DNA of 64,000 nt, taken from positions 1-64,000 of the IMG/VR virus record IMGVR_UViG_3300025131_011243; one strand, written 5' to 3'. A program made the translations under genes and the position numbers. The stretch comes from a virus. Below, one piece after another: positions 31,492 to 41,506 of this stretch (position 1 is the first letter of the stretch; each line of letters starts with the position of its first letter). The notes under the pieces were generated by a model, which saw only the letters and a list, made by a program, of their open reading frames with translations, ran no database searches and had not been told where the DNA came from.

Positions 31492-31877
31492 GTTTCCAAT
31501 TCTGTGATAGGTTTTTTGTCTCTAGTTGTTTTATCGACAGGATACCAGAACTCAACACAATGCTGTCCATATTCCCAATACCAATTAACATTACCTTTAC
31601 TATAAATGCCTGGAAAGGAGACCGCCCCCAACTCGAAGTCCTTCAACTCTATATAAGCTTTCCTAAGCTCTTCTACATAACACGCCAGATCAGCCATGTG
31701 TTCCGTGTACTCATTCTGATAAGCCTCTGTATGTTCTAGATTTTTAGCATATTGGATTTTGGGTCTGAGTTTAAGAACTTGTTCGAAAGTATTAACAACG
31801 TCCTTAACGACATGCTTAACATAGACTAAGGAGCGATTGGCTTCTTCGAGGCTGAAACGTTTTTCAGGCATTGACAA
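31470..31877 (-). CDS. DUF2203-like protein
   Basis: FSLEEAN, ELKDFELGAVSFP, WYWEYG. Confidence 0.75.
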   Translation of the reverse strand: MSMPEKRFSLEEANRSLVYVKHVVKDVVNTFEQVLKLRPKIQYAKNLEHTEAYQNEYTEHMADLACYVEELRKAYIELKDFELGAVSFPGIYSKGNVNWYWEYGQHCVEFWYPVDKTTRDKKPITELETCLATFH

Positions 31878-31938
31878 TCCACATTAACAACTACCCACAC
31901 TTACAATGGATCAGCCAAAATAACCTGCTAACATGTAA

Positions 31939-32037
31939 TTATGAAGATCCCAAAGATTCCCTGATCTCTCTACGAATTTTCATCAGAAGTCTACCGAGAT
32001 GATTTTCTCCCTGCCCATTGCGGACTCCCCAAGTCAT
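31939..32037 (-). pseudogene. C-terminal fragment of a NADAR (YbiA) family gene
   Basis: MTWGVRNGQGENHLGRLLMKIRREI matches the NADAR WG..G.G.N.LG.LLM..R motif. Confidence 0.75.
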
Positions 32038-32759
32038 ATAGGCTTCTTTCCAAGAATCTTCCATTGCTTATGATGGGAAGCTTTGCCTACAGATACGCTC
32101 CACATATGTCCAGCATTCAACCCATGTTCCTTGCAAAACGACCATAGATTATCCGTGATGTATTCTACCTCATCTGGACCCACAATTTCATAAATGAACT
32201 TCCTCTTCTTTTTGCTCATCTTAGACTTTGACTCTTTGCTATACTTTTTACCGGTATTGGAATTGCGTATTTTATCCCTATGTTCATCAGACAACACCTT
32301 GCCAAGATTCGCCTTAGACAACTTCTTCTTTGTTGCGTCGGACATTTTATATCCCAGGTGACTTTTTCTAAGTTTCTCAATAGTCTCTGGGCTTGCCTTC
32401 TTGCCGGTGTTTGCTATTGAAATCTTTTTTCTGGTCTCGGCTGAAAGAATACCAGACGATTGTCCCGCTCTTAGGTTGTAACCATTGGGAGAGAAGCTGT
32501 CTAATTTTTTGACCCAATATACCTCCCTACTGTCTACCTCCGTTTGGGAACACCCATCTTTAACTTCTTCAAGCAATTCTACTTTGAAATGACGCTCACC
32601 ATATTTGGATATAGCGAACACTATTGGCATTCGTTTTTTAGTTTTCCACCTAGCTTCCGCACAATGCCTTTTGAATCTATTGTCTATCCCACGTCATGTT
32701 TGTCCAACGTAAACCTTGCTGTTTACGTCATTCGTGATTTTATATATGCAAGCTTTCAT
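32034..32759 (-). CDS. GIY-YIG homing endonuclease with NUMOD3 repeats; in-frame TGA at codon 22
   Basis: MKACIYKITNDVNSKVYVGQT*RGIDNRF...PNGYN, SAETRKKIS-type repeats. Confidence 0.85.
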
Positions 32760-32807
32760 ACTTACAAATAACCACTTTTCTACCGATCTCCTCTTTAATT
32801 ACCCTCA

Positions 32808-33440
32808 TTACTTCCTAACATAAAATGTAAGGTAATCATGTATACCTGACCATTGAGGAATATCTATATCGTCTGTCTCTTCCCAATTTTCAGCCAACGT
32901 GCAGAAGAAGCTATCATCCCCCGTGCATCCGTACCCACCTTCTCCAACAAATATCAACTTGTTGCCTAAGAATTTCTTCAATGTATTGTTAGCCATGGGA
33001 TCGTCGTATGGGGGCCAGACAAGCATAAGAACTCCATGAGTTCCGTATGCCGACATGGCCGCTTCATTACTCATGTCCTTCACATCGATAAACGGATCTC
33101 TTGACAATTCCTCTTGATGAGACGAAAGGTTGTCAGTAACGGTAACGTTTATACCTTCGTCTCTCATTAGTTTTGCCCAAAGCCCCAGACCGCCTCCTAC
33201 CTCAATAACCTTATCGTTTTGTACGAATGCTTTAATCTGTTCAATAGCCTCAATGTTAGGGACGGACCATCCGTAGTTATTGATATACTGCCTGCGTCTA
33301 TAGTGTTCTTTCATGTACCTGTCGATATCATCGCCCGCATCGCCCTCATACCTCTTGGCATTAGGGTCTATCCAATCGGGTCCATCGGGTCCAAAGCGTG
33401 AAAGCTCGTCGTACAGATTGGCGAACTTGAACCAGTTCAT
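32808..33440 (-). CDS. MNW-leader class I SAM-dependent methyltransferase
   Basis: VIEVGGGLGLWA, LMLVWPPY, FVGE. Confidence 0.85.
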   Translation of the reverse strand: MNWFKFANLYDELSRFGPDGPDWIDPNAKRYEGDAGDDIDRYMKEHYRRRQYINNYGWSVPNIEAIEQIKAFVQNDKVIEVGGGLGLWAKLMRDEGINVTVTDNLSSHQEELSRDPFIDVKDMSNEAAMSAYGTHGVLMLVWPPYDDPMANNTLKKFLGNKLIFVGEGGYGCTGDDSFFCTLAENWEETDDIDIPQWSGIHDYLTFYVRK

Positions 33441-33513
33441 CCCTCATAATTCAAAAAAACGACAAGATCTACCTCTGAAAGGATTCAATACCGACCTTTT
33501 GCCCACTCTGCCT

Positions 33514-33924
33514 TTATAATCCAAATCCCGCCCGGCACCATCTGTGTATTTCCTGCGGAATAGCCATCCACGCCTTCCTCGGACTTATCGCTTGCTGACG
33601 TATCAACGCCCATAGGTCCTCAATGACCGTTCCCTTGTTATGAGCTACCAACCATCCAACAACGTTTCTGTCCCTCCAGTCCCCGCTTCTCCATGGCTGA
33701 TCCGCTCCCTTAATGTCAGGATTAACCTGTTCAAACCATGAATGAGTCTCAGGCGAAACAATGTCCGCACCAGTTGGACCAATCTTGTATGGCTGAGATG
33801 TATGCCAATGATTAGCATCAGCACGAACAAATCCAAAATCTTCATCATCTCCAGCAAACCATACTGGCTTGCGTTACAGGGAAACAACCCTTCGATACCC
33901 TTGAAGGGGTAGTCCTTGAGGCAA
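33514..33924 (-). pseudogene. unannotated reading frame interrupted by TAA
   Basis: TTG-PQGLPLQGYRRVVSL*RKPVWFAGDDEDFGFVRAD...; 119 open codons follow the TAA at 33876-33874. Confidence 0.5.
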
Positions 33925-34674
33925 TTAACGTATGCTCGCCATCTTAGCCCCTGATCTAAGAAACAGAGCGTCAATTCCCACAGCTATAAAGCGATACCCT
34001 TGATTCACCGCTTGTTGGACGGCTCCTCTGTCGGGCTCAACGACATGAATGCCAGCAGGTTTCTTGTGATACGAACATGTCTCCATGTATTCTCTCAAAG
34101 CCTTCTCAACGATGGGATGATCAAAGTCCCCGCAATGTCCCAACGTTCCGCTTAGATCGTACGGACCTACAAATGTAGCATCAACATCGTCCATCGCTAC
34201 GATGTTATGTAGATCCTGAAGAATGTCCTTATGTTCTACTTGAAGGATAACAGCGATCTCGTTGTTAGCTCTTTCGATGTAGTCTTTGAAGTTGTTTCCA
34301 TACATATTAGCAACGCTGAATCCGAACCCTCTATCGCCATGCGGAGGATACTTGCATTCGGCAACAGCATTCCTAGCTTCCGAGCAATTCTTGATCATAG
34401 GCACTATGATCCCGCCCGCACCGGCATCCAAGGATCGATGGATCCAAGTAGGATCGTTGTACGGAACTCTTACAACAGGCGATACGTCGCATCTATTGAG
34501 GATGCGGAATATGTCTGCTAATGACTCGATATTGATTGCACCATGTTCCAGGTCAACGCATACCCAGTCGAATCCTATGTCTGCCAAAATTTCGGCAATG
34601 GCGACATGAGGAATCTGCATCCATGTTCCGAATGTCAAACGCTCTTCTCTAATGAGACGCCTTAGATTTTTCAT
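33925..34674 (-). CDS. HpcH/HpaI aldolase family protein
   Basis: GFDWVCVDLEHG, LDAGAGGIIVP, YPPHGDRG, FVGPYDLS. Confidence 0.92.
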   Translation of the reverse strand: MKNLRRLIREERLTFGTWMQIPHVAIAEILADIGFDWVCVDLEHGAINIESLADIFRILNRCDVSPVVRVPYNDPTWIHRSLDAGAGGIIVPMIKNCSEARNAVAECKYPPHGDRGFGFSVANMYGNNFKDYIERANNEIAVILQVEHKDILQDLHNIVAMDDVDATFVGPYDLSGTLGHCGDFDHPIVEKALREYMETCSYHKKPAGIHVVEPDRGAVQQAVNQGYRFIAVGIDALFLRSGAKMASIR

Positions 34675-35000
34675 GCTGAGAAACTCGATCCACAACCGCA
34701 AGTGCTAGTAGAATTTGGGTTCTCGAATACAAAACCTTTACCCATCAATCCCTCTGAGAAATCAACTACTGTCCCGTTGAGGTAAAGATAACTTTTAGGA
34801 TCGCATATCACTTTAAGACCATGTTGAGAAAACTCTTCATCACTGTCATCCTTATCTTCTGTAAGATCAAGCAGGTAGCTAAAGCCTGAACATCCTCCGC
34901 CTTTGATTCCTACCCTAAGATGTATTCTGGCAATATCGATCTCTTCTTTCAAAGCAATATCTTTGACTTCGTTCGCCGCTATTTCTGTTAGTTCTATCAT
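34671..35000 (-). CDS. iscA: A-type Fe-S cluster carrier (IscA/HesB)
   Basis: GGGCSGFSY, NPN, CGCGSSF. Confidence 0.93.
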   Translation of the reverse strand: MIELTEIAANEVKDIALKEEIDIARIHLRVGIKGGGCSGFSYLLDLTEDKDDSDEEFSQHGLKVICDPKSYLYLNGTVVDFSEGLMGKGFVFENPNSTSTCGCGSSFSA

Positions 35001-35245
35001 TCTTCGGCTTCCCTACCTACATAGTCGTCAATTGCTTCATGATTTCTTGCGTACACCATAACCATTGCTGTAAAACGATCAAGAGAGACGCCCTCTGGGA
35101 GGTCCCCAACAGAGGCAATTTCTCTTTGCAATTCTTCAAAAGAAGCTGTTGCGGGATCTATTTTGGATGTATACCGCAAGAACATCAAAGCCGCTTTTAC
35201 TTGACGAAGTCTTTCTTCGTTATCGATTTGATTAAACCAATTCAT
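34997..35245 (-). CDS. MNW-leader small protein
   Basis: MNWFNQID, ATGA-coupled on both sides. Confidence 0.7.
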   Translation of the reverse strand: MNWFNQIDNEERLRQVKAALMFLRYTSKIDPATASFEELQREIASVGDLPEGVSLDRFTAMVMVYARNHEAIDDYVGREAEE

Positions 35246-37647
35246 TGATCATCCGGCTTGGGCTCAAGAACATGAAGTTCGTTTTCCGCCCTTGTGTACG
35301 CAACGTACTTCAGGTTCCCTTCCTGAACCAAGTCTTCAGAATTTTTGGCATTAGGATGTGGGAATAACTGGTCTTCTACGATAAAGACTCTCTTGAATTG
35401 CATTCCCTTAGCCTTGTGGGCTGTGGTAAGTAGAACAAATGTTCTGGGGTCTTTCTTCTTCATGTCCTGAACCTTCTTCGCAGAATCTTCATCAACACCC
35501 CTAAATCTTTCCACTAAATATGTTCTTAAATCTCTTGTGGTATTTACCCTGATATTCAATTCCTGATCAAAGAAATTCATTTCCCTGAGATGGCTTACAA
35601 CACTTGTTAACGCCTCGGTAGCCTCTGTTACCTTACTCAATGCTTCGCTCTTAGCTATACGACCCTTCCATTTCTTTTGCTTGTCTTCTGAATATCTAAT
35701 TAATTCAGACATAAACTGATCTATACCCATCACTCTCTCGTTTTTGTTTTGGTCTTTGCCAGCTACGCTTGAGATATGCTTGGTCAGTTCTTCAGAAAAG
35801 TTCTTTCCAAGAACGACAAAATTCATTCCTCTTTTCAGTAGATCCATAGCGGCTGATGTGAGAGGTGCATTAACTCTAGATATGAATGCCGTCTCCTCTT
35901 TCAGCTTACCCCCACCATCCGTCCACTCATCTTGCAAACCCATAATAGCGTTATCGTACGACATGCCTTCTGTAACTTCTCCATCATGTTGCAAACCAGC
36001 TTGAAGGTCGTGTACGTTTGTGTTCTGATTAACGTAGTCAATGATATTCTTACCGCTTCTGTAGTTGGTTGGAAGCTCGTGCTGAGCCCCTCCTGTGTTT
36101 TGCGTTATCGTATCAAAAGTTTCATTTTCTCCCCCACGGAATCGATAAACAGCCTGATTGGGATCCCCCACTGCAACTATCCTAGCCCCCTGTTCCTCCA
36201 GTTTTTGAAGCATAAGAACTTGGCATCTATTGAAATCCTGAACCTCGTCTGCCAAGACGACATCATACCTCGGCCAACTTATTTGGTCTGCATAGATAGC
36301 GGAATACCAAAGCGTATCATCCTGATCTCTTAAACCTCGGAATAGATTCCTATTTGGATCTGGCTCTGGAAGAGGATTATCCGGAGTAGAATAATGGAGC
36401 ATATCCATGGCCTTATCTATGATTTGCGGAGTCCAATCTCTAGCATTTGGTGAAGGAACCCCATTTTTGTTATCTTCTAATGTAACATCAATAGTAAAGC
36501 TCTGAATCAACCCCTTTAGGAGATCGGTAGCACCTGGATCGCTTGGGATGACTGCAAAGTTTTTAGCCAAATTGGCGAGCCTTGATATGGAAATTTTTGC
36601 AGGCCAGTTAAGATGCCTGGGGAACGTACTGTCGTTTTTCATATAAGCATCAACCATCCTAAACATCCTAGATCCACCATATCCTTTCGGAATTAGACTG
36701 GAACTATCAATCAAATCCATTTTAGCACTCTTGCCCAAAATATTTCCTAAGAACGAGTGGCTTGTTTTTACCTCAACACCATTGGGAAATTTACCCTTAC
36801 CGGAAGATGCTTCTGTTTGATTCTTTTTGCCGAATACGATGTATATCCACTTCTCGGCAGGATCTTTGAATGACGCCAAATGCTTAAGCATAGTAGTCTT
36901 GCCTGCCCCAGCAAGAGCATTCATCATAATATTGTCATCAGATTGAAGGAACGAAACTTCTACGCCCTTCTGTTCAGGACTTATCCTGTCGTCGGGTATC
37001 CTACCTTTGACTGCATTCGGATCATCCGGCTGTTCGTCTTCCTGTTGAGCATCGCCATCTTGACCAGACGGTTGGGAAACCACCTTCGGCTTAATGATTC
37101 TGATCTGATCTCTACCATTGTAGTTTTCCCATTTAACGATACCGCTGATTCTTATAACGTCTCCGGCGACGAAACCTTCATCGTCCATGAAAACAGCCAT
37201 CTTAACTCCAGAAGCCTCTTCCAAAAGATAGTAATGATTGTATTTTGAAGGCTTGCTTACTAGAACTGTGAAGTCTTCCTCTATAGCATCTCCTTCATTG
37301 TACACCGTGGGAGCAACGGCAGGAGTCGCTGGTGGCTGAGGTTGAGCAACCGGTTGTTGAGGTTGGGGCTGAGTCCCAGGAGTTGCGGTCAGGGGCATTA
37401 GATCAACGCCCATACTTTGTTCAAGATAGTCTTTAGCTCTTTGATTGGCTGTAATGTGAGTTACTTCTATGGCCCACGCTCTGGGAACTATGCCATCCCA
37501 TCTAAATCCCATCTTACTAAGATCTTGCCTAAAGTCGTAGGTGGCCCCACCGGTTAGGGTAAAATAGGGGGTTCCTTGGACGTCAACCACATTAGATTGG
37601 ATGCCTCCAGCGGCTAAAACGATATGAGTATACCAGTTACCAAACAA
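35242..37647 (-). CDS. UvrD/Rep-like SF1 helicase with N-terminal extension and OB-fold
   Basis: ALAGAGKT, DEVQD, VGDPNQAVYRFRG, NYRS, TAHKAKG, YVAYTRA; begins MFGNWY. Confidence 0.93.
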   Translation of the reverse strand: MFGNWYTHIVLAAGGIQSNVVDVQGTPYFTLTGGATYDFRQDLSKMGFRWDGIVPRAWAIEVTHITANQRAKDYLEQSMGVDLMPLTATPGTQPQPQQPVAQPQPPATPAVAPTVYNEGDAIEEDFTVLVSKPSKYNHYYLLEEASGVKMAVFMDDEGFVAGDVIRISGIVKWENYNGRDQIRIIKPKVVSQPSGQDGDAQQEDEQPDDPNAVKGRIPDDRISPEQKGVEVSFLQSDDNIMMNALAGAGKTTMLKHLASFKDPAEKWIYIVFGKKNQTEASSGKGKFPNGVEVKTSHSFLGNILGKSAKMDLIDSSSLIPKGYGGSRMFRMVDAYMKNDSTFPRHLNWPAKISISRLANLAKNFAVIPSDPGATDLLKGLIQSFTIDVTLEDNKNGVPSPNARDWTPQIIDKAMDMLHYSTPDNPLPEPDPNRNLFRGLRDQDDTLWYSAIYADQISWPRYDVVLADEVQDFNRCQVLMLQKLEEQGARIVAVGDPNQAVYRFRGGENETFDTITQNTGGAQHELPTNYRSGKNIIDYVNQNTNVHDLQAGLQHDGEVTEGMSYDNAIMGLQDEWTDGGGKLKEETAFISRVNAPLTSAAMDLLKRGMNFVVLGKNFSEELTKHISSVAGKDQNKNERVMGIDQFMSELIRYSEDKQKKWKGRIAKSEALSKVTEATEALTSVVSHLREMNFFDQELNIRVNTTRDLRTYLVERFRGVDEDSAKKVQDMKKKDPRTFVLLTTAHKAKGMQFKRVFIVEDQLFPHPNAKNSEDLVQEGNLKYVAYTRAENELHVLEPKPDDQ

Positions 37648-37701
37648 TATTCTGCCCTTTGCATGGGATTATACCATATACCTTCGGGCAAAAGAAGGGC
37701 T

Positions 37702-38037
37702 TTACCTTTGTCGAGTTAGGTTTTTTATCTCTTGGCGTAATGCGGCCATTTTTGACTTGATTTGTTCATCGGTCCAGTCGTCATAAAGGCATCCCTCGTC
37801 CTCATAAATCTCTACCCAATCTCCATCACCATCCACTGACAATTCGCTGAGAATTTCGGCTATCTTGAATGGGTCTTTGTTATCAATAGCTTTGATCAAA
37901 TCCTCATTACCACCTTCACGACATTCCATACGGTCGATAGCAAGACATTCCATGAACCGTTGTAGTTCTTTTTTGGTTCGCAATGTCTCTTCGGAAACAC
38001 TGTCTACATCGTAATCGTGCATGTGAACTTTGTACAT
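37702..38037 (-). CDS. hypothetical protein, tandem paralog 1
   Basis: MYKVHMHDYD..IKAIDNKD..GDWVEIYE. Confidence 0.7.
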   Translation of the reverse strand: MYKVHMHDYDVDSVSEETLRTKKELQRFMECLAIDRMECREGGNEDLIKAIDNKDPFKIAEILSELSVDGDGDWVEIYEDEGCLYDDWTDEQIKSKMAALRQEIKNLTRQR

Positions 38038-38040
38038 CTT

Positions 38041-38418
38041 CTATCCCTGTTTTTCTTCGAGGATCAATTTCTCTTTTTCTCTGGCTATATTTTCGATCCT
38101 GTCTCTGATTTCCCCATCGGTTAGAAACGCAGGAGCAGGGGCATTCGTAGGATCATATTCTGCTATCTCCACATACTCCCCATTGCAATCTTCGTGAATC
38201 TTATTGTAAATCCTTACTATCTCGTCGATATCCTTGTCTTCTATTGCCTTAATCATGGCATTATCTTGTTCGTAATTTCTGTCTCCCGGTATACTGACTT
38301 CGTCACCTATAGCATCTAATGCTATTTCGGCCAAGAAGCGAAAGGTCTGATTTCTATCCTCAAAATCTTTTTCATAAACGAAGTCAGGGTCATGGTCATA
38401 CATCTTCAGATGATACAT
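38041..38418 (-). CDS. hypothetical protein, tandem paralog 2
   Basis: MYHLKMYDHD..IKAIEDKD..GEYVEIAE. Confidence 0.7.
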   Translation of the reverse strand: MYHLKMYDHDPDFVYEKDFEDRNQTFRFLAEIALDAIGDEVSIPGDRNYEQDNAMIKAIEDKDIDEIVRIYNKIHEDCNGEYVEIAEYDPTNAPAPAFLTDGEIRDRIENIAREKEKLILEEKQG

Positions 38419-38738
38419 AAGTCATCTCCTTTGTCTTTTGCCCAAGCTACATCGAACCATGGACTTCCACATTCTCGGTATGTCCTGTTCATGGGGAATG
38501 GGGGACTACCTTGACCCTTATCGAACTTCTCTTTCTGTTCGCAAAACTCAAGAAATTTATCAAGATCATTACATTCATAAAGCTGGATGATTTCTGCCCA
38601 CTCCATCCAACGCCATTCATTGTCTATCTTTTTCGGCAAGAAGAGGAACCTCTTGATTGTCCGTATCTTCTCTCCTCTGGGTCCAGGTTTAGGTGGTCTG
38701 GCTGCTACTCTCATGGTTGTAATCCCGTTTAATGACAT
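38406..38738 (-). CDS. small phage protein
   Basis: RFLFLPKKIDNEWRWMEW motif typical of phage proteins. Confidence 0.65.
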   Translation of the reverse strand: MSLNGITTMRVAARPPKPGPRGEKIRTIKRFLFLPKKIDNEWRWMEWAEIIQLYECNDLDKFLEFCEQKEKFDKGQGSPPFPMNRTYRECGSPWFDVAWAKDKGDDLCII

Positions 38739-38803
38739 GAGGGATTACTATAGCATATTTACTATCACTTCAAAAACGTCTAGCAAACTGGTCTAACCAG
38801 CCT

Positions 38804-39256
38804 CTATGTCATATTTGCGTTGAAATATTGAGGATCATCAGTCACATCACGAAGAACCCAAGGCGGCAATTTGAATTGATGATCTACATGAGGAAGCTCA
38901 ACCTCAGCAATGACAAGGTCACGATCCAGGAATTCATCAACTTCCCAAACCATGCCATCGAATTCAACAACGTACCTATTCTTGCGTATGATGGGAGGAG
39001 GACATAGCCAAAGCATTTCGCTGGCATCGTTTATTGGAATCTCGTACTCGAACTCTAGAGATGAAGCGTTCTCTTTCAGTCCCTTGACAGTAATAAATCC
39101 TCTGTTCTTTCCATTATGTCCTACTGTACGAATACGCACGGTTCTCTCGGGATCTCGACTAAGATACCCCTGAGAAATAGCATGACAACCGCTCGACATC
39201 TTGATGACGTCTTTTATGCCCAAGATTTTGAATTTACGTTCGATTTCTACAGCCAT
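38804..39256 (-). CDS. CYTH domain protein
   Basis: EIERKF, QGYL, TVRIR, EFEYEIP, WEVDEF, AEVE. Confidence 0.92.
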   Translation of the reverse strand: MAVEIERKFKILGIKDVIKMSSGCHAISQGYLSRDPERTVRIRTVGHNGKNRGFITVKGLKENASSLEFEYEIPINDASEMLWLCPPPIIRKNRYVVEFDGMVWEVDEFLDRDLVIAEVELPHVDHQFKLPPWVLRDVTDDPQYFNANMT

Positions 39257-39276
39257 TGCTACATCTTACTCAAATA

Positions 39277-39654
39277 CTACCACTTCCGATGCCATCTGCT
39301 GCTGCTGCTGCTGCGCTCACCATGTCGCCTGTTGCCCATATGTCTACTATGGGGCATGTGACGCCTACGATGACTGTCTCTTATGACCATATAGCCTCGA
39401 TTGTCAGGAAGGATAATAACTATTCTGACTCGTTCCCTATTGAAGGCAGGGCGGTAAGAAAAATCAGGACGATGCCACTGATAGCGGTCTTTGCAGCCCC
39501 TTCTTCCCAAGTCATTGGATCTGTGCTGCCTTAGCTGAGTTTTGCCTTCCCGGTCGTAGCGATGTCCTCGATCTCGTCTGCCGTCCTTAGCCATGGCCGG
39601 AGATGTAAAAGCCAAGGCCATGATGGCTACTAAAACTATAATCCATTTTGTCAT
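39277..39654 (-). CDS. secreted Arg/His-rich protein
   Basis: Signal peptide ending AMA, AAGGAG upstream. Confidence 0.65.
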   Translation of the reverse strand: MTKWIIVLVAIMALAFTSPAMAKDGRRDRGHRYDREGKTQLRQHRSNDLGRRGCKDRYQWHRPDFSYRPAFNRERVRIVIILPDNRGYMVIRDSHRRRHMPHSRHMGNRRHGERSSSSSRWHRKW

Positions 39655-39879
39655 ATTTGCTCTCCTTTCTATCTATTATAACGTCCAAAAGCTCTAAAAG
39701 TTGCCAGAATCCGGACATGACGCCGGATATCTGTCCCGATAGCCCATAATTGGCCTCAAATCTACCAGATTAAATCCCTTCTGTCCGGATTAAGCAGAAC
39801 CTCTGCAAACCCACCATGCCCACAAATGGGCTTCAGGAGCTTTGTGAAGAAGATGTTTTCTATCTGTCGATATTAAGGC

Positions 39880-40554
39880 ATGAATACAGTAGATACCCCA
39901 TGCCGTCTATGCCACTCTTTCGGCTTCTGTCAAAAATACGAACAAGACTACGCCAACCATGTAGACAAAAAAGGTGTATGGCAAAAATGCATGTCCCCTA
40001 TCCGTAAATGTCAGCATGCCATCGCCGATTTCCATTTAGACAAACTCCAAGGAGTCGATATCCTAGAAGTAGGATGCGGAAGCAAACGAAAAGGCGAATT
40101 CATCAAGAACTTGGTTACTCCCCATTGCCAATGGCGAGGTATGGATATTAAGAAGACTGACCTAACAACTGACATAGGAAGAGTCGAGAACATGCCATTT
40201 AACGATGAAGAGTTTGACATTGTTATCGGCAATCAGACGATGGAGCATTGGGACGACATCCCCAAAGCTTTGAGCGAGATCTACCGAGTCATGAGGCATC
40301 CTGGCGAATTGTACCTCAACGTTCCTATCTACCTTCATGGGTCAGAATATTTCGTCACTGGCAACTTGGAACCTGTAGCCAAAATGCTTAAGGAAGCCGG
40401 TTTTCACAACATCGTTGTGGAAACATGGAGAAAGGGCCATGAAGGTCTGGGAAGATACTTCCCCGGCGAATCGAAGAAGCATTGCAAGAAATTCGGCATG
40501 AAGATAGAAGATACAACTTCAGCCTATATCGCAAACTTCACCTGCGATAAATGA
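39880..40554 (+). CDS. class I SAM-dependent methyltransferase
   Basis: ILEVGCG, MPFNDEEFD, TMEH. Confidence 0.88.
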   Translation: MNTVDTPCRLCHSFGFCQKYEQDYANHVDKKGVWQKCMSPIRKCQHAIADFHLDKLQGVDILEVGCGSKRKGEFIKNLVTPHCQWRGMDIKKTDLTTDIGRVENMPFNDEEFDIVIGNQTMEHWDDIPKALSEIYRVMRHPGELYLNVPIYLHGSEYFVTGNLEPVAKMLKEAGFHNIVVETWRKGHEGLGRYFPGESKKHCKKFGMKIEDTTSAYIANFTCDK

Positions 40555-40980
40555 TCACGATACAGAATCAGCAAACTCAATCGCATACTGCTTCGCCTGA
40601 TCCAATGTCTTAGCAGGACCGTCATACTGAGTCTCATTGCCGCTAGGCGTAGCTGCCACAGGTTCATCTCCGATTCCAAAGTTACTCATAGCTCTATGGC
40701 TCCACCCCCACCAGTTCTGACTTTCCTCTTCGAACCCTATCGAGCAAACATCATGATCATCGCATGAAGCCTCTGGAGCTATACCCTTTTCTTCGATAAG
40801 CATCTTGGCTGTTTCCACATCCCCTATGTAGCACCCGCTGTCAGCGTAGGCGGATTCCATTTCCACCCTTCCATCTTCGTCATTACCCACCTGAGTATCT
40901 TCGGTACGAACTTCATAGCCGTCGAATTTTTCTACGTTGAGCACCTTCTTCTTTAACTGAGCTTGTTTATACCAGTTCAT
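40555..40980 (-). CDS. MNW-leader conserved phage protein
   Basis: MNWYKQAQ; CSIGF..WWGWSHRA. Confidence 0.75.
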   Translation of the reverse strand: MNWYKQAQLKKKVLNVEKFDGYEVRTEDTQVGNDEDGRVEMESAYADSGCYIGDVETAKMLIEEKGIAPEASCDDHDVCSIGFEEESQNWWGWSHRAMSNFGIGDEPVAATPSGNETQYDGPAKTLDQAKQYAIEFADSVS

Positions 40981-41506
40981 TGAGATCCTCTTGGGCGGGC
41001 CTTAGACCTTCGCCTTTTACCAATAGTTCAGATTCAGCATACCCACGTTGGAATAGATCTATGACAGCTACAACATCCTGCTTATTAACTACATAAGTAT
41101 CTGGATCAACCCCTTTCTGGGTAGCAAAGAAATTGGCTGTTGACATATCTAAAGTAACAGGAACAACAGGCCCCTTAGGAACCCCTCCTCGATGTACGGT
41201 TATCCACTCTGGCATACCTTGCAATGCCTGCTGAGATAATCTAACAACTTCATCTCTTGCTGCCAAAATTTCATTCCTGAATTCAGGACCATGCATATTG
41301 GCCAGATCTTCCTCGTTTATGCCTAAATCTGAAAGAGCATCATACATATCAACATCATCATCAAACAGATTTGCTATTACATCTGAACCAGATGACGTAT
41401 CCATAAAGTTACCCTGAACATTCAGTAAAGCCTTAAGCCCCCTACTATTAACCTGTTCAGGCCCTAGCTTGCCCGGAAGTTTAGAAGTTTCTTTATACCA
41501 ATTCAT
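40967..41506 (-). CDS. MNW-leader ADP-ribosyltransferase-like protein
   Basis: MNWYKETS; TVHRG, VT...A.FFA, ESELLV (R..ExE pattern). Confidence 0.65.
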   Translation of the reverse strand: MNWYKETSKLPGKLGPEQVNSRGLKALLNVQGNFMDTSSGSDVIANLFDDDVDMYDALSDLGINEEDLANMHGPEFRNEILAARDEVVRLSQQALQGMPEWITVHRGGVPKGPVVPVTLDMSTANFFATQKGVDPDTYVVNKQDVVAVIDLFQRGYAESELLVKGEGLRPAQEDLNELV

